From IMG/VR virus record IMGVR_UViG_3300049846_001141: a stretch of 20,130 nucleotides of DNA. The stretch is one strand, 5' to 3'. The position numbers were made by a program, and so were the translations under genes. The notes below the pieces were generated by a model. It was not told where the DNA came from and did not search any database. It saw only the letters and a program-made list of their open reading frames with translations. Below are positions 8,205 to 14,651 of the stretch, piece by piece. The first letter of the stretch is position 1, and every line of letters starts with the position of its first letter. The stretch comes from an uncultured virus (IMG/VR IMGVR_UViG_3300049846_001141). Taxonomy: Duplodnaviria; Heunggongvirae; Uroviricota; Caudoviricetes.

Positions 8205-8264
8205 CTGCTGTTACTGTTGCACATCTTAACGTGGCTGGCAGCTGGCGGTGCTGCTGTTACTGTT
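8205..8264. promoter_or_regulatory. Divergent promoter region with 14-bp direct repeat CTGCTGTTACTGTT
   Basis: Repeat at 8205-8218 and 8251-8264; + strand CTGGCA-N17-TACTGT with TGn extension (8235-8263); - strand CTGCCA-N17-AACAGT (8241-8213). Confidence 0.6.
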
Positions 8265-8304
8265 AGAGGGTATCCCTCAAGCCGTACCCCGGCAGGATCG
8301 CACC

Positions 8305-8490
8305 ATGGCCACAACAGGAAAGGTCGTAACCGTCACCCTCTCGGGTGAGCACTGGTTACGTGTAGAACGTGCACTTCACGGCGCAGCTGCTCAGCTCCAC
8401 CGCACCGGCAACACCGCAGAAGCCAAGCGGTGCCAGCACACCCGCGAACTGATCCAGCACGTGATCACCCGTTGGGAGGTTGCGGAGTGA
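8305..8490 (+). CDS. Hypothetical protein (61 aa)
   Basis: ATG at 8305 with AGGA upstream; GTGA overlap with the next gene. Confidence 0.65.
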   Translation: MATTGKVVTVTLSGEHWLRVERALHGAAAQLHRTGNTAEAKRCQHTRELIQHVITRWEVAE

Positions 8491-8897
8491 GCGGCGGCGA
8501 ATGGACGACAAAGGGGCGCCAGCGAGAAGCCCGAGAAGCGGAGCGCGAACAGTTACGCCTGGAGAAGCGCCACCTAAGAGACCTCCGTTGGGCCATTGAG
8601 CGCTCCAGCATCGAAGCTTCGGATTGGGCCGACCTTTTAACGCTCCAGCAGGCCCACGGTAAAGAAGGTCCGCTCCAGCTGTGGCGGGAGCTTGTGCCGT
8701 ACTGGCGGGATTGCCAGCGCGTTAATGGTGGCGCCGATATCCCGGCGGATAGTTTTCCACAACTTCCGGGACTTTTAACGCGCGGCGCTCCAGCCGCTAG
8801 CGCTCCAGCGGCACGGGTCAAGGCATCGCCGGGGGCAGCCCGTAAGGTTCGCTCCAATAAAGGCAAAGCCCAGCCCAGCCGGAAGCGCTCCAGCTGA
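8487..8897 (+). CDS. Hypothetical protein with basic low-complexity tail
   Basis: GTG at 8487 overlapping the upstream TGA; MSGGEWTTKGRQREAREAEREQLRLEKRHLRDLRWAIER...; followed by a GC hairpin. Confidence 0.7.
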   Translation: MSGGEWTTKGRQREAREAEREQLRLEKRHLRDLRWAIERSSIEASDWADLLTLQQAHGKEGPLQLWRELVPYWRDCQRVNGGADIPADSFPQLPGLLTRGAPAASAPAARVKASPGAARKVRSNKGKAQPSRKRSS

Positions 8898-8903
8898 CCT
8901 CAC

Positions 8904-8924
8904 CGGCTCCCACCACGGGAGCCG
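8904..8924 (+). terminator. GC-rich hairpin after the rightward early operon (possible terminator)
   Basis: CGGCTCCC-ACCAC-GGGAGCCG, 8-bp perfect stem, only a weak pyrimidine tail. Confidence 0.45.
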
Positions 8925-8942
8925 ATTCCCTCTGCCTTGGCT

Positions 8943-8957
8943 TGAGAATGATTCTCA
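8943..8957. promoter_or_regulatory. 7-1-7 palindrome TGAGAAT-G-ATTCTCA (Fur-box-like), copy 2
   Basis: Identical 15-mer to 5997-6011; identity extends to 19/20 (TGAGAATGATTCTCAyTCCC). Confidence 0.6.
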
Positions 8958-9087
8958 TTCCCAGTGAGACTCATGAGACGCACCACGAGACAGCCGTAGG
9001 CGGAAATACCGGCCACGCTCCAGCAGACCTCCCATGCTGGGAGGAAGTATTAGCAGAATCGCCAATAAATACCAGGTATTGGCATTA

Positions 9088-9514
9088 TGAATGGTCAAAA
9101 CAATACCTGAATGGCCTTGAATGGCGTTCCAGTCATGAATGGCTTTTCGTCGAGGCCGTTAGGCCGAGACATGAATGGCCGTTTGTAGGTTCTCGAAATA
9201 TGAATGGCAGCGTTCCATGAATGAATTTTCTGCCTGTTCCAGTTCTGCTGCATCCATGTAGTGGACGTTGGGGGTGCCGCATCGACGTGCCAGCACGATG
9301 ACGGCGCCGGATGCTTTTAGGCCGGTTAAATGTTTGAGTCCCAGTGAATACGCTCCACACTGGTCGATGTATGAATGGCCGCTGGGAAGCCTGTCGTCGC
9401 GGTCGGTTTTACGTCCCACGCTAGTCTTCCAGTCGACAACATGAATGCCTTGTTTTCCTTTTACGGTGAGTAAGGCATCTGCCGTTCCAGCAAAACCTGC
9501 TGGGTGGTGAATGG
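9088..9514 (+). repeat. Array of co-oriented TGAATGG heptamers
   Basis: Exact copies at 9088, 9108, 9118, 9136, 9172, 9201, 9372, 9508; one-mismatch copies at 9218 and 9442. Confidence 0.85.
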
Positions 9515-9995
9515 AAAATTCGGAGGCGAAAATCTCCGTGACGTTTTCGGCGATCCAGTCAGATAGTGAACGAGCGTAACCTTTTGCACTGAATCCTACG
9601 GGGGGAACATTGGGGCGTACCCTTTTGAGTGCCCATTGTGTGATGGGAGCAGGAATACGCGCCAGGCCTTGTTCGTCCCAGCGAATAGAGTTTCTTTTGT
9701 TTGCTGTAGAACGTGCTAATTGCATTGAAGTTTTTAATAAATACTCTGCTTGATTGTGTGTCATGTTGCCTCTATTTGCTGCAACATTGCGCTGACAGGT
9801 GGCTTCTACTTCCCCGAGGCGTGCAGCCCAGCGTTCCAGTCCGGTGGTGTCGCTTGTCTCTTTTAGTATTCTAGTTACACTGTGATACACGTTACCGTTA
9901 ATGTCCCGGTAGATCCTGCCGCCGGGGTCGGATTCGTCATCACGTTCCAGCTTCCAACGCCTTAATCCAGCAAGTGTGTCTTGTGTATTAGGCAT
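9159..9995 (-). CDS. PD-(D/E)XK exonuclease (RecB/lambda-exo-like superfamily)
   Basis: YHSVTRIL, RGNMTH, SE..I...GFAGTADALL, VVDWKTS and QCGAY motifs; ATG at 9995 downstream of a TAGAAT -10 at about 10020. Confidence 0.85.
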   Translation of the reverse strand: MPNTQDTLAGLRRWKLERDDESDPGGRIYRDINGNVYHSVTRILKETSDTTGLERWAARLGEVEATCQRNVAANRGNMTHNQAEYLLKTSMQLARSTANKRNSIRWDEQGLARIPAPITQWALKRVRPNVPPVGFSAKGYARSLSDWIAENVTEIFASEFSIHHPAGFAGTADALLTVKGKQGIHVVDWKTSVGRKTDRDDRLPSGHSYIDQCGAYSLGLKHLTGLKASGAVIVLARRCGTPNVHYMDAAELEQAENSFMERCHSYFENLQTAIHVSA

Positions 9996-10033
9996 TGAAG
10001 GTACTATTTCCCTTCTGGATTCTAGTACAGGTG

Positions 10034-10588
10034 TCAACACTTGAAAATTTTGCTGGTGGCCTTTGCGTGAAAACGCTTGATTGCACCAGGGGATGCCTGT
10101 GGTAAGCCTTTTTCAGGCGTGTGTTCCCCGTGCAGCAGGGCCGCTGCGGCTAAGTAAGCCTCCCGAGCCTCTTGCTCTGTTGCGTAGTGCCCCAGGTAGT
10201 ACTGCACGCCATCAATCCCGATTAAAGCCCTGTAGGTGCCGCTTGGGGTCCTCGTGTAGCCCTTTACGTTGCTGCGGTTGCAGTGATTGCCGGAACGGGT
10301 GGTCGAACGCAGGTTCCAGGGGCTGTTGTTGGCTCTGTTGCGGTCTATGTGGTCTATCTCCAGGGGCTCCGTACCTGTGACCCACTTCCAGACAAGACGA
10401 TGGGCTGAAAATTTGTCGTGGCGAATTTCGCCGACTATGTAACCCTTTGTGAATCGGCAACCAAACGGTTTACCTATGCGGTAGGGATTCTTGTGGGTGC
10501 GCCAGTAAAGCGTCCCAGTAAATGGATCTAGTGAAAACAGCTCCCACAGCTCTTCCGCAGCCGGTAGGGGCTTGTAAGCTTTCGCCAT
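10034..10588 (-). CDS. Free-standing HNH homing endonuclease with AP2-like C-terminal DNA-binding domain
   Basis: SAHRLVWKWVTG...IDHIDRNRANNSPWNLR (HNH_3 type) followed by YRALIGIDGVQYYLGHYATEQEAREAY..AA..LHGE (AP2-like). Confidence 0.9.
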   Translation of the reverse strand: MAKAYKPLPAAEELWELFSLDPFTGTLYWRTHKNPYRIGKPFGCRFTKGYIVGEIRHDKFSAHRLVWKWVTGTEPLEIDHIDRNRANNSPWNLRSTTRSGNHCNRSNVKGYTRTPSGTYRALIGIDGVQYYLGHYATEQEAREAYLAAAALLHGEHTPEKGLPQASPGAIKRFHAKATSKIFKC

Positions 10589-10611
10589 CGCCTATTCCTG
10601 GTAGGTGGTCG

Positions 10612-10650
10612 GGGGCAGGGTGTTGGAAGCACCGCTGCCCCACCATTTTA
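10612..10650 (-). promoter_or_regulatory. -10 hexamer and leader hairpin of the HNH gene
   Basis: Minus strand TAAAAT (10645-10650) followed by GGGGCAG-C-GGTG-CTTCCAA-CACC-CTGCCCC. Confidence 0.5.
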
Positions 10651-10654
10651 CCTA

Positions 10655-11236
10655 TCAGGCAGGCTTAAAGGGGTTTGTTCCCTCCAGGAGCCTCGAAATA
10701 TCGAAGCCGTCAGACTTCGCTTCCAGCCATGCTGCGTCAATAAATTCTTGAGATCCTTTCTTTCTAGGTACCGGACGAACTGAATACTCAGTCGTTAAAC
10801 CTGAGCCTTTTTTTGATACGGAAAAATCCCAATCAAGCAAGTTGCTATAGTCATCAAGCTGACTAATCGCATCAATTTCTTTCAAAATTGATTTTTGGGT
10901 AATCTGTAGTACTTGAACTTTTCCAGCGTCATATACGTACACGGGGATTGCTATAGCAAACTTCACATCTGCTGTTCCAGGGCCACCGCGTCCTTCGCGG
11001 GGCTCGAACTCGCCCATTTCGGCAACCACGTCCTCATAAGTGGGCTCGTATGAAAACCGGAAAGGTTTGTTGACCCCGTTTGCTTGCCCCCAGCACTCGT
11101 GAAATTCCAGAGGTTCGTCAGTGAGTAGGGCGAAGCGGACGGATCCACCATCGGGGAGTTTGCTGAGGCTCAGGTAGCCGCCGCCGCTGTTGCCGCCGTT
11201 GACGTTTGCAGATGCGGATTTTGAAAGGAAAGCCAT
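10655..11236 (-). CDS. Probable single-stranded DNA-binding protein (gp32-like)
   Basis: ATG at 11236 (MAFLSKSAS...); GGYLSLSKLPDGGSVRFALL and WDFSVSKKGSGLTTEYSVRPVP pattern, C-terminal NPF; lies between primase and exonuclease. Confidence 0.6.
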   Translation of the reverse strand: MAFLSKSASANVNGGNSGGGYLSLSKLPDGGSVRFALLTDEPLEFHECWGQANGVNKPFRFSYEPTYEDVVAEMGEFEPREGRGGPGTADVKFAIAIPVYVYDAGKVQVLQITQKSILKEIDAISQLDDYSNLLDWDFSVSKKGSGLTTEYSVRPVPRKKGSQEFIDAAWLEAKSDGFDISRLLEGTNPFKPA

Positions 11237-11377
11237 TTGTGTAGGTGTTTGGTGTGGTCGGCTGAGTGCCAACGAGTAACACACTAACACGCCTTGACAC
11301 CGATGGCTAGGCTGAAAAAACGCCCCACAGCGGAAAAGCTGCAGGGCGTGTGGAACATTCTCATGTGAGACTCTAAC

Positions 11378-13774
11378 ATGTCGCAAGGTAAGACGCAGGA
11401 TCTGCTGGCTTTTGTGCGCCAGTTGCCTGTGGGGATGGCGTATGCACCGATCTACGCCAAAGGCGAGAAACTGCCCTCAGGGTCGGTAAGCAAGGGCAAG
11501 ACGCCCACAAAGCGCAGTCATGACGAGGTGATGAGCCCGGCTGACGTCGCTCTGCAGATTGAGCGCCAGCCGAAGGTGTTCCAAGCGGTGGGCGTCTTTA
11601 CGGGCGGTCGCAGCATGGGACTCGTGATTCTTGATGTGGATCGGAATCTCAGTCGTCTCAAAAAGAAATGGGGCGAGTCGCTGGAGGGTGCTCCAGTCGT
11701 TACCTCGACCAAGGCGAACGCGGCGAAGTACCTGTTCCGTGTCCCTGAAAATTTGTGGGGCTCGGTGCAGGGTTTTGGCCTGTCCGATACCGGGGCTGGG
11801 TACGAGGTGCTCTGGGGCCGTCAGGGCGTCATCTACGGGGCTTATCCGGGCTCCAGTGATGGGAAGGCACCAGAAGGTCAATACGGCTTTGAAGGGGACT
11901 TGGAGGCGATTCCAGAGGCTCCTGCGTGGCTGATCGCTGAGATGAAGGAGCGGGCTGGCAAAGGTGTTGAGGATGCCGGCTTCATCAGGAACCGCAAGGC
12001 GCTTGATTTCTCGGATCGAGATCCAGCTGAGGTGGCTGAGATCATTCAGTCGGCACTGAAGGTCATTCCGGGGCAGGGGGCTGGTAGCCGGGACCACTGG
12101 GTCAAGGTGGGGATGGCGATCCACTCGGAGTTGCCGACTGACCTAGGGCTAACGCTGTGGTCTGCGTGGTCTGCGGAAGATCCGGAGTTTTCACAGGAAT
12201 GGGAGGAGGGCAATCCCTGCGAAGCCGCTTGGAGGAGCTTCAGGAAGGGCCCTGTAAGCCTCGGGACGCTCTTCTGGATGGCGGACCAGCAGATGCCTGG
12301 GCGGCTGTGGCTTGCGGAGGATCTGCGGAAGGTTGTTGAGGAGGTTGAGGGCGATAACGTCACGCGGATTCGGCAAGTCGTCATTACCTATGCCGAGGTG
12401 ATCCGCCGGGCCAAGGAGATCCAGCAGATTCAAAACCCGGCGGAAGCGGCGCACGCCATGAATGTTTTGGCGCTGGAAGCTGGGTATCGGGATGCTGGGG
12501 CTCTGGAGCGGTTGCTGATCGCTCAGATGCAGTTCGAGCAGCAAGATGACGAGATGGCGATGGACAACCTGCTCAACAAAGATCTGAAGTTTGAGTACCT
12601 GATCCCAGATCTGCTGCCCTGCCCTGGGACCGTGATGATTCACGGCGCTGGTGGGGATGGCAAATCCATGTCCGCTTGGACGATTGCCAAGCACGTGGCC
12701 CGTGGGATTCCATTCTCCGTGCGCGGGGATCTTGTTCCAGTGGAAGCTGGTCCCGTTTTGATCCTCAACGGCGACCAGTCAGAGGTCCAGGTTCAGCAGC
12801 AGCTTCGGGATCTGGAGTTCCAGCCGTCGGATCCGGTGACCGTGGTAATGGGGTGGGACCTGAACTGGTATTACCGCTTCGTCAAGCTGATCGAGAAGCA
12901 CCAGCCGAAGCTCGTGATCATCGACTCGATCACGGGCTGCAGCAGGGGATCGGCGTTCGACGAAAACAAAAAGGAGTTTGCGAGCCCGATCTACTGGTTA
13001 GCCAACAACAACGGACGCATGTTCCCGGCTTGCACCATCCTGCTGATCCACCACGCCAACAAAACTGGCGGCTTCCGGGGTTCCACGGCCATTAGGGACG
13101 CTGTGGATGAGGTGTGGGGGCTGCGGCGGCCGGACAAAAAACAGGTTGAGCAGACCGGCTACAACGCTCGCCTCATCACCGTGGAGAAGTCCAGGGCTGG
13201 CCGAGATGGCTCCAAGCTGCTGATGAAGCTCGAAAACGACCTCACCTTCTCCCTCGCGGATTACGTGGAGGTCGATACCGACAGCGCCAGCCCGGCATCA
13301 ATCGTGGATCGGGTGCTCCAGCGCCTCAGGGCTGCTCACCCGCGTGCTCTGAGCCGCTCTGACCTCGCTGCGGATGCCCTGTGCGGTGGAAGTGTCGCCG
13401 CTATCGGCAAGGCGCTCCAGAGGCTTGCTTCGCGGGGATTGGTTGAGGTGGTCGGTCAGACCTCCACAGGTGCCAGACCTTCCAATCTGTACCAAGCAAT
13501 TCTCTCGCGTGATATGTGTGTGAAAGTGTGTCCTGAATTGGGAAAACCCAGTCAGGGACTGGAAAGTAAAAAAGGACAGCCCTTGGACGTGTCCTCTTTT
13601 GCTGGGGAGACTGGAGCAAAAAAGGACAGCCCTACCCTGTGTCCCGATTTGTTTCCCAGTCGTACCAAGGGGTTTGGTGAAAGAGGACAGCTTTTTGAAG
13701 GCTCCCCAAGGGATGAACGCTCTCCTGAGGAGTTGGCAAGGCTGATGCAGGAAGCCGCACGGATGTGGGACTGA
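11378..13774 (+). CDS. PrimPol-PriCT2-RecA-like (AAA_25/SF4) primase-helicase
   Basis: N-terminal Prim-Pol (GLVILDVD), PriCT-2 (RDHWVKVGMAIH...LWSAWS), Walker A GAGGDGKS, Walker B VIIDS, LIHHANK/RGSTAIRDAVD, C-terminal wHTH-like region. Confidence 0.9.
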   Translation: MSQGKTQDLLAFVRQLPVGMAYAPIYAKGEKLPSGSVSKGKTPTKRSHDEVMSPADVALQIERQPKVFQAVGVFTGGRSMGLVILDVDRNLSRLKKKWGESLEGAPVVTSTKANAAKYLFRVPENLWGSVQGFGLSDTGAGYEVLWGRQGVIYGAYPGSSDGKAPEGQYGFEGDLEAIPEAPAWLIAEMKERAGKGVEDAGFIRNRKALDFSDRDPAEVAEIIQSALKVIPGQGAGSRDHWVKVGMAIHSELPTDLGLTLWSAWSAEDPEFSQEWEEGNPCEAAWRSFRKGPVSLGTLFWMADQQMPGRLWLAEDLRKVVEEVEGDNVTRIRQVVITYAEVIRRAKEIQQIQNPAEAAHAMNVLALEAGYRDAGALERLLIAQMQFEQQDDEMAMDNLLNKDLKFEYLIPDLLPCPGTVMIHGAGGDGKSMSAWTIAKHVARGIPFSVRGDLVPVEAGPVLILNGDQSEVQVQQQLRDLEFQPSDPVTVVMGWDLNWYYRFVKLIEKHQPKLVIIDSITGCSRGSAFDENKKEFASPIYWLANNNGRMFPACTILLIHHANKTGGFRGSTAIRDAVDEVWGLRRPDKKQVEQTGYNARLITVEKSRAGRDGSKLLMKLENDLTFSLADYVEVDTDSASPASIVDRVLQRLRAAHPRALSRSDLAADALCGGSVAAIGKALQRLASRGLVEVVGQTSTGARPSNLYQAILSRDMCVKVCPELGKPSQGLESKKGQPLDVSSFAGETGAKKDSPTLCPDLFPSRTKGFGERGQLFEGSPRDERSPEELARLMQEAARMWD
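13529..13689. repeat. Dyad-symmetric TGTCC/GGACA array (candidate replication origin)
   Basis: TGTCC 13529, GGACA 13574, TGTCC 13590, GGACA 13624, TGTCC 13640, GGACA 13685; 16-bp direct repeat AAAAAAGGACAGCCCT at 13568 and 13618. Confidence 0.7.
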
Positions 13775-14118
13775 TGGGGCAGTTCAACCCGCCTAACTTT
13801 TTCCTAGGGCTCATGCGCGTTGTCGCGTGGGTTTTTTGGAGGGATCCCGTGGCCAAGCCTGAACCGCCCCAGCCGAAGCGTCCCAGGAAGCCGATCCTGG
13901 GGTACACCGTCGGTGACATTCCCTTTGAGCTGATGGCCGTGGTCCGGGTCTCCTGGTACCGCAAAGGAATGGCCTACGAAGTTGAGGAGTACCAGATCCA
14001 CGAGTGCGAAGACGCTCAGGATCAGTTCCACTACGTCGTTGGTACGGCCCTAAAGCAAGGCGCCGACGTGTGCGTGCTTACGCAGTACGAACCCGAAGAG
14101 CTAGGGGTTCCAACGTGA
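13774..14118 (+). CDS. Hypothetical protein
   Basis: ATG at 13774 overlapping the primase TGA; 114 aa. Confidence 0.7.
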   Translation: MGQFNPPNFFLGLMRVVAWVFWRDPVAKPEPPQPKRPRKPILGYTVGDIPFELMAVVRVSWYRKGMAYEVEEYQIHECEDAQDQFHYVVGTALKQGADVCVLTQYEPEELGVPT

Positions 14119-14198
14119 TCCCGCCCGTGATCGTGTTCGGGCTGACGTGGCTGCTGGGGATGCTGGCAGTCACCGTCTACCTGACTTTGGTAGCTTGA
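14115..14198 (+). CDS. 27-aa hydrophobic membrane peptide
   Basis: GTGA overlap with the upstream stop, AGGGG RBS-like; MIPPVIVFGLTWLLGMLAVTVYLTLVA. Confidence 0.5.
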   Translation: MIPPVIVFGLTWLLGMLAVTVYLTLVA

Positions 14199-14348
14199 GC
14201 TGGTTCCCGCTCTGCGCCTCGTTCGCATCGGGCACTGGTGCGCGTTGGGCATATAGCCCAGAAGGCGGCCCGGTTCTGGAGGCGTCCGATAACGTCTCCC
14301 CGAATAACACCCTCTAAGCCTCTCAACGATGCTCAAACCTGGGGGTCG
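14197..14348 (+). ncRNA. Putative structured RNA upstream of the tRNA-like element
   Basis: No credible ORF; closing stem GAGCTGG/CCGGTTC (14197-14276), internal hairpin TGGGC-ATATA-GCCCA, hairpin GGAGGCGT-CCGATA-ACGTCTCC (14278-14299). Confidence 0.35.
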
Positions 14349-14350
14349 CT

Positions 14351-14420
14351 GGAAGTGAAGCCAAAGGGAAAGGCACGCGGACAACGCACTCAGTAGCTGG
14401 TTCGAGTCCAGCCGCTTCCT
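14351..14420 (+). ncRNA. tRNA-like RNA lacking a canonical anticodon arm (pseudo-tRNA or t-element)
   Basis: Acceptor stem GGAAGTG/CGCTTCC, D arm GCC-AAAGGGAAA-GGC, T arm GCTGG-TTCGAGT-CCAGC; the 21 nt between D and T arms cannot form a 5-bp stem with 7-nt loop; no encoded CCA. Confidence 0.7.
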
Positions 14421-14429
14421 TTCAAATGG

Positions 14430-14485
14430 GTGCCCGGTGGCCGGTCCTCACGCGGTGCCGGCCTCACCGCTGCCGGGCGCAGCGG
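14430..14485 (+). ncRNA. Compact GC-rich structured element with possible pseudoknot
   Basis: GTGCCCGG/CCGGGCGC outer stem, GGCCGGTCC/GGTGCCGGCC inner hairpin, CCGCT (14467) complementary to AGCGG (14481). Confidence 0.45.
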
Positions 14486-14555
14486 ACGACTGAGATCCGA
14501 GATCTACAGAACCCTTACGATAACGCCCCAAACCCACTGGTGTGACTGGGTTGGA

Positions 14556-14585
14556 GGCATTACATAATTGTAATTATGTTATGCC
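14556..14585. repeat. AT-rich 14-2-14 inverted repeat (operator-like)
   Basis: GGCAT-T-ACATAATT-GT-AATTATGT-T-ATGCC, one mismatched pair. Confidence 0.7.
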
Positions 14586-14611
14586 CACGCCAGCGATTGT
14601 AAAGATGTGCG

Positions 14612-14641
14612 ACAGCCCGGCCTTGACGCTGGGCTGTTTTT
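14612..14641 (+). terminator. Intrinsic terminator closing the non-coding locus
   Basis: ACAGCCCGGC-CTTGAC-GCTGGGCTGT then TTTT. Confidence 0.65.
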
Positions 14642-14651
14642 GTGTAACGCT
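14623..14651 (+). promoter_or_regulatory. sigma70-like promoter TTGACG-N17-AACGCT overlapping the terminator
   Basis: -35 lies in the terminator loop; followed by a 5' hairpin CGCCCG-GAGAGA-CGGGCG and ATG at 14697. Confidence 0.5.

Noticed and set aside
8942..9220. 92-aa ORF with repeated HEW motifs
   Set aside because: Starts at a TTG inside the palindrome, lacks an RBS, overlaps the exonuclease 3' end, and its repeats are just the TGAATGG array translated.
9088..9224. CRISPR or mini-CRISPR interpretation of the TGAATGG array
   Set aside because: Repeat is only 7-8 nt with irregular 10-36 nt periods; no cas genes, and the adjacent nuclease lacks the Cas4 cysteine cluster.
10655..11386. Long 243-aa version of the SSB-like ORF
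   Set aside because: The extra 50 codons cross the divergent promoter region and overlap the primase start; ATG at 11236 is more plausible.
14031..14384. 117-aa minus-strand ORF across the non-coding locus
   Set aside because: Opposes the plus-strand operon, overlaps the tRNA-like element and has no protein-like features.
14351..14420. Canonical tRNA with assignable anticodon
   Set aside because: No 5-bp stem with 7-nt loop can be drawn and U8 is absent; reported as tRNA-like instead.
14428..14500. HDV-like/theta ribozyme (TCCTCAC resembles L3, located after a tRNA-like element)
   Set aside because: P3 does not close around TCCTCACG and there is no room for P2 between the possible P1 and P3 strands.
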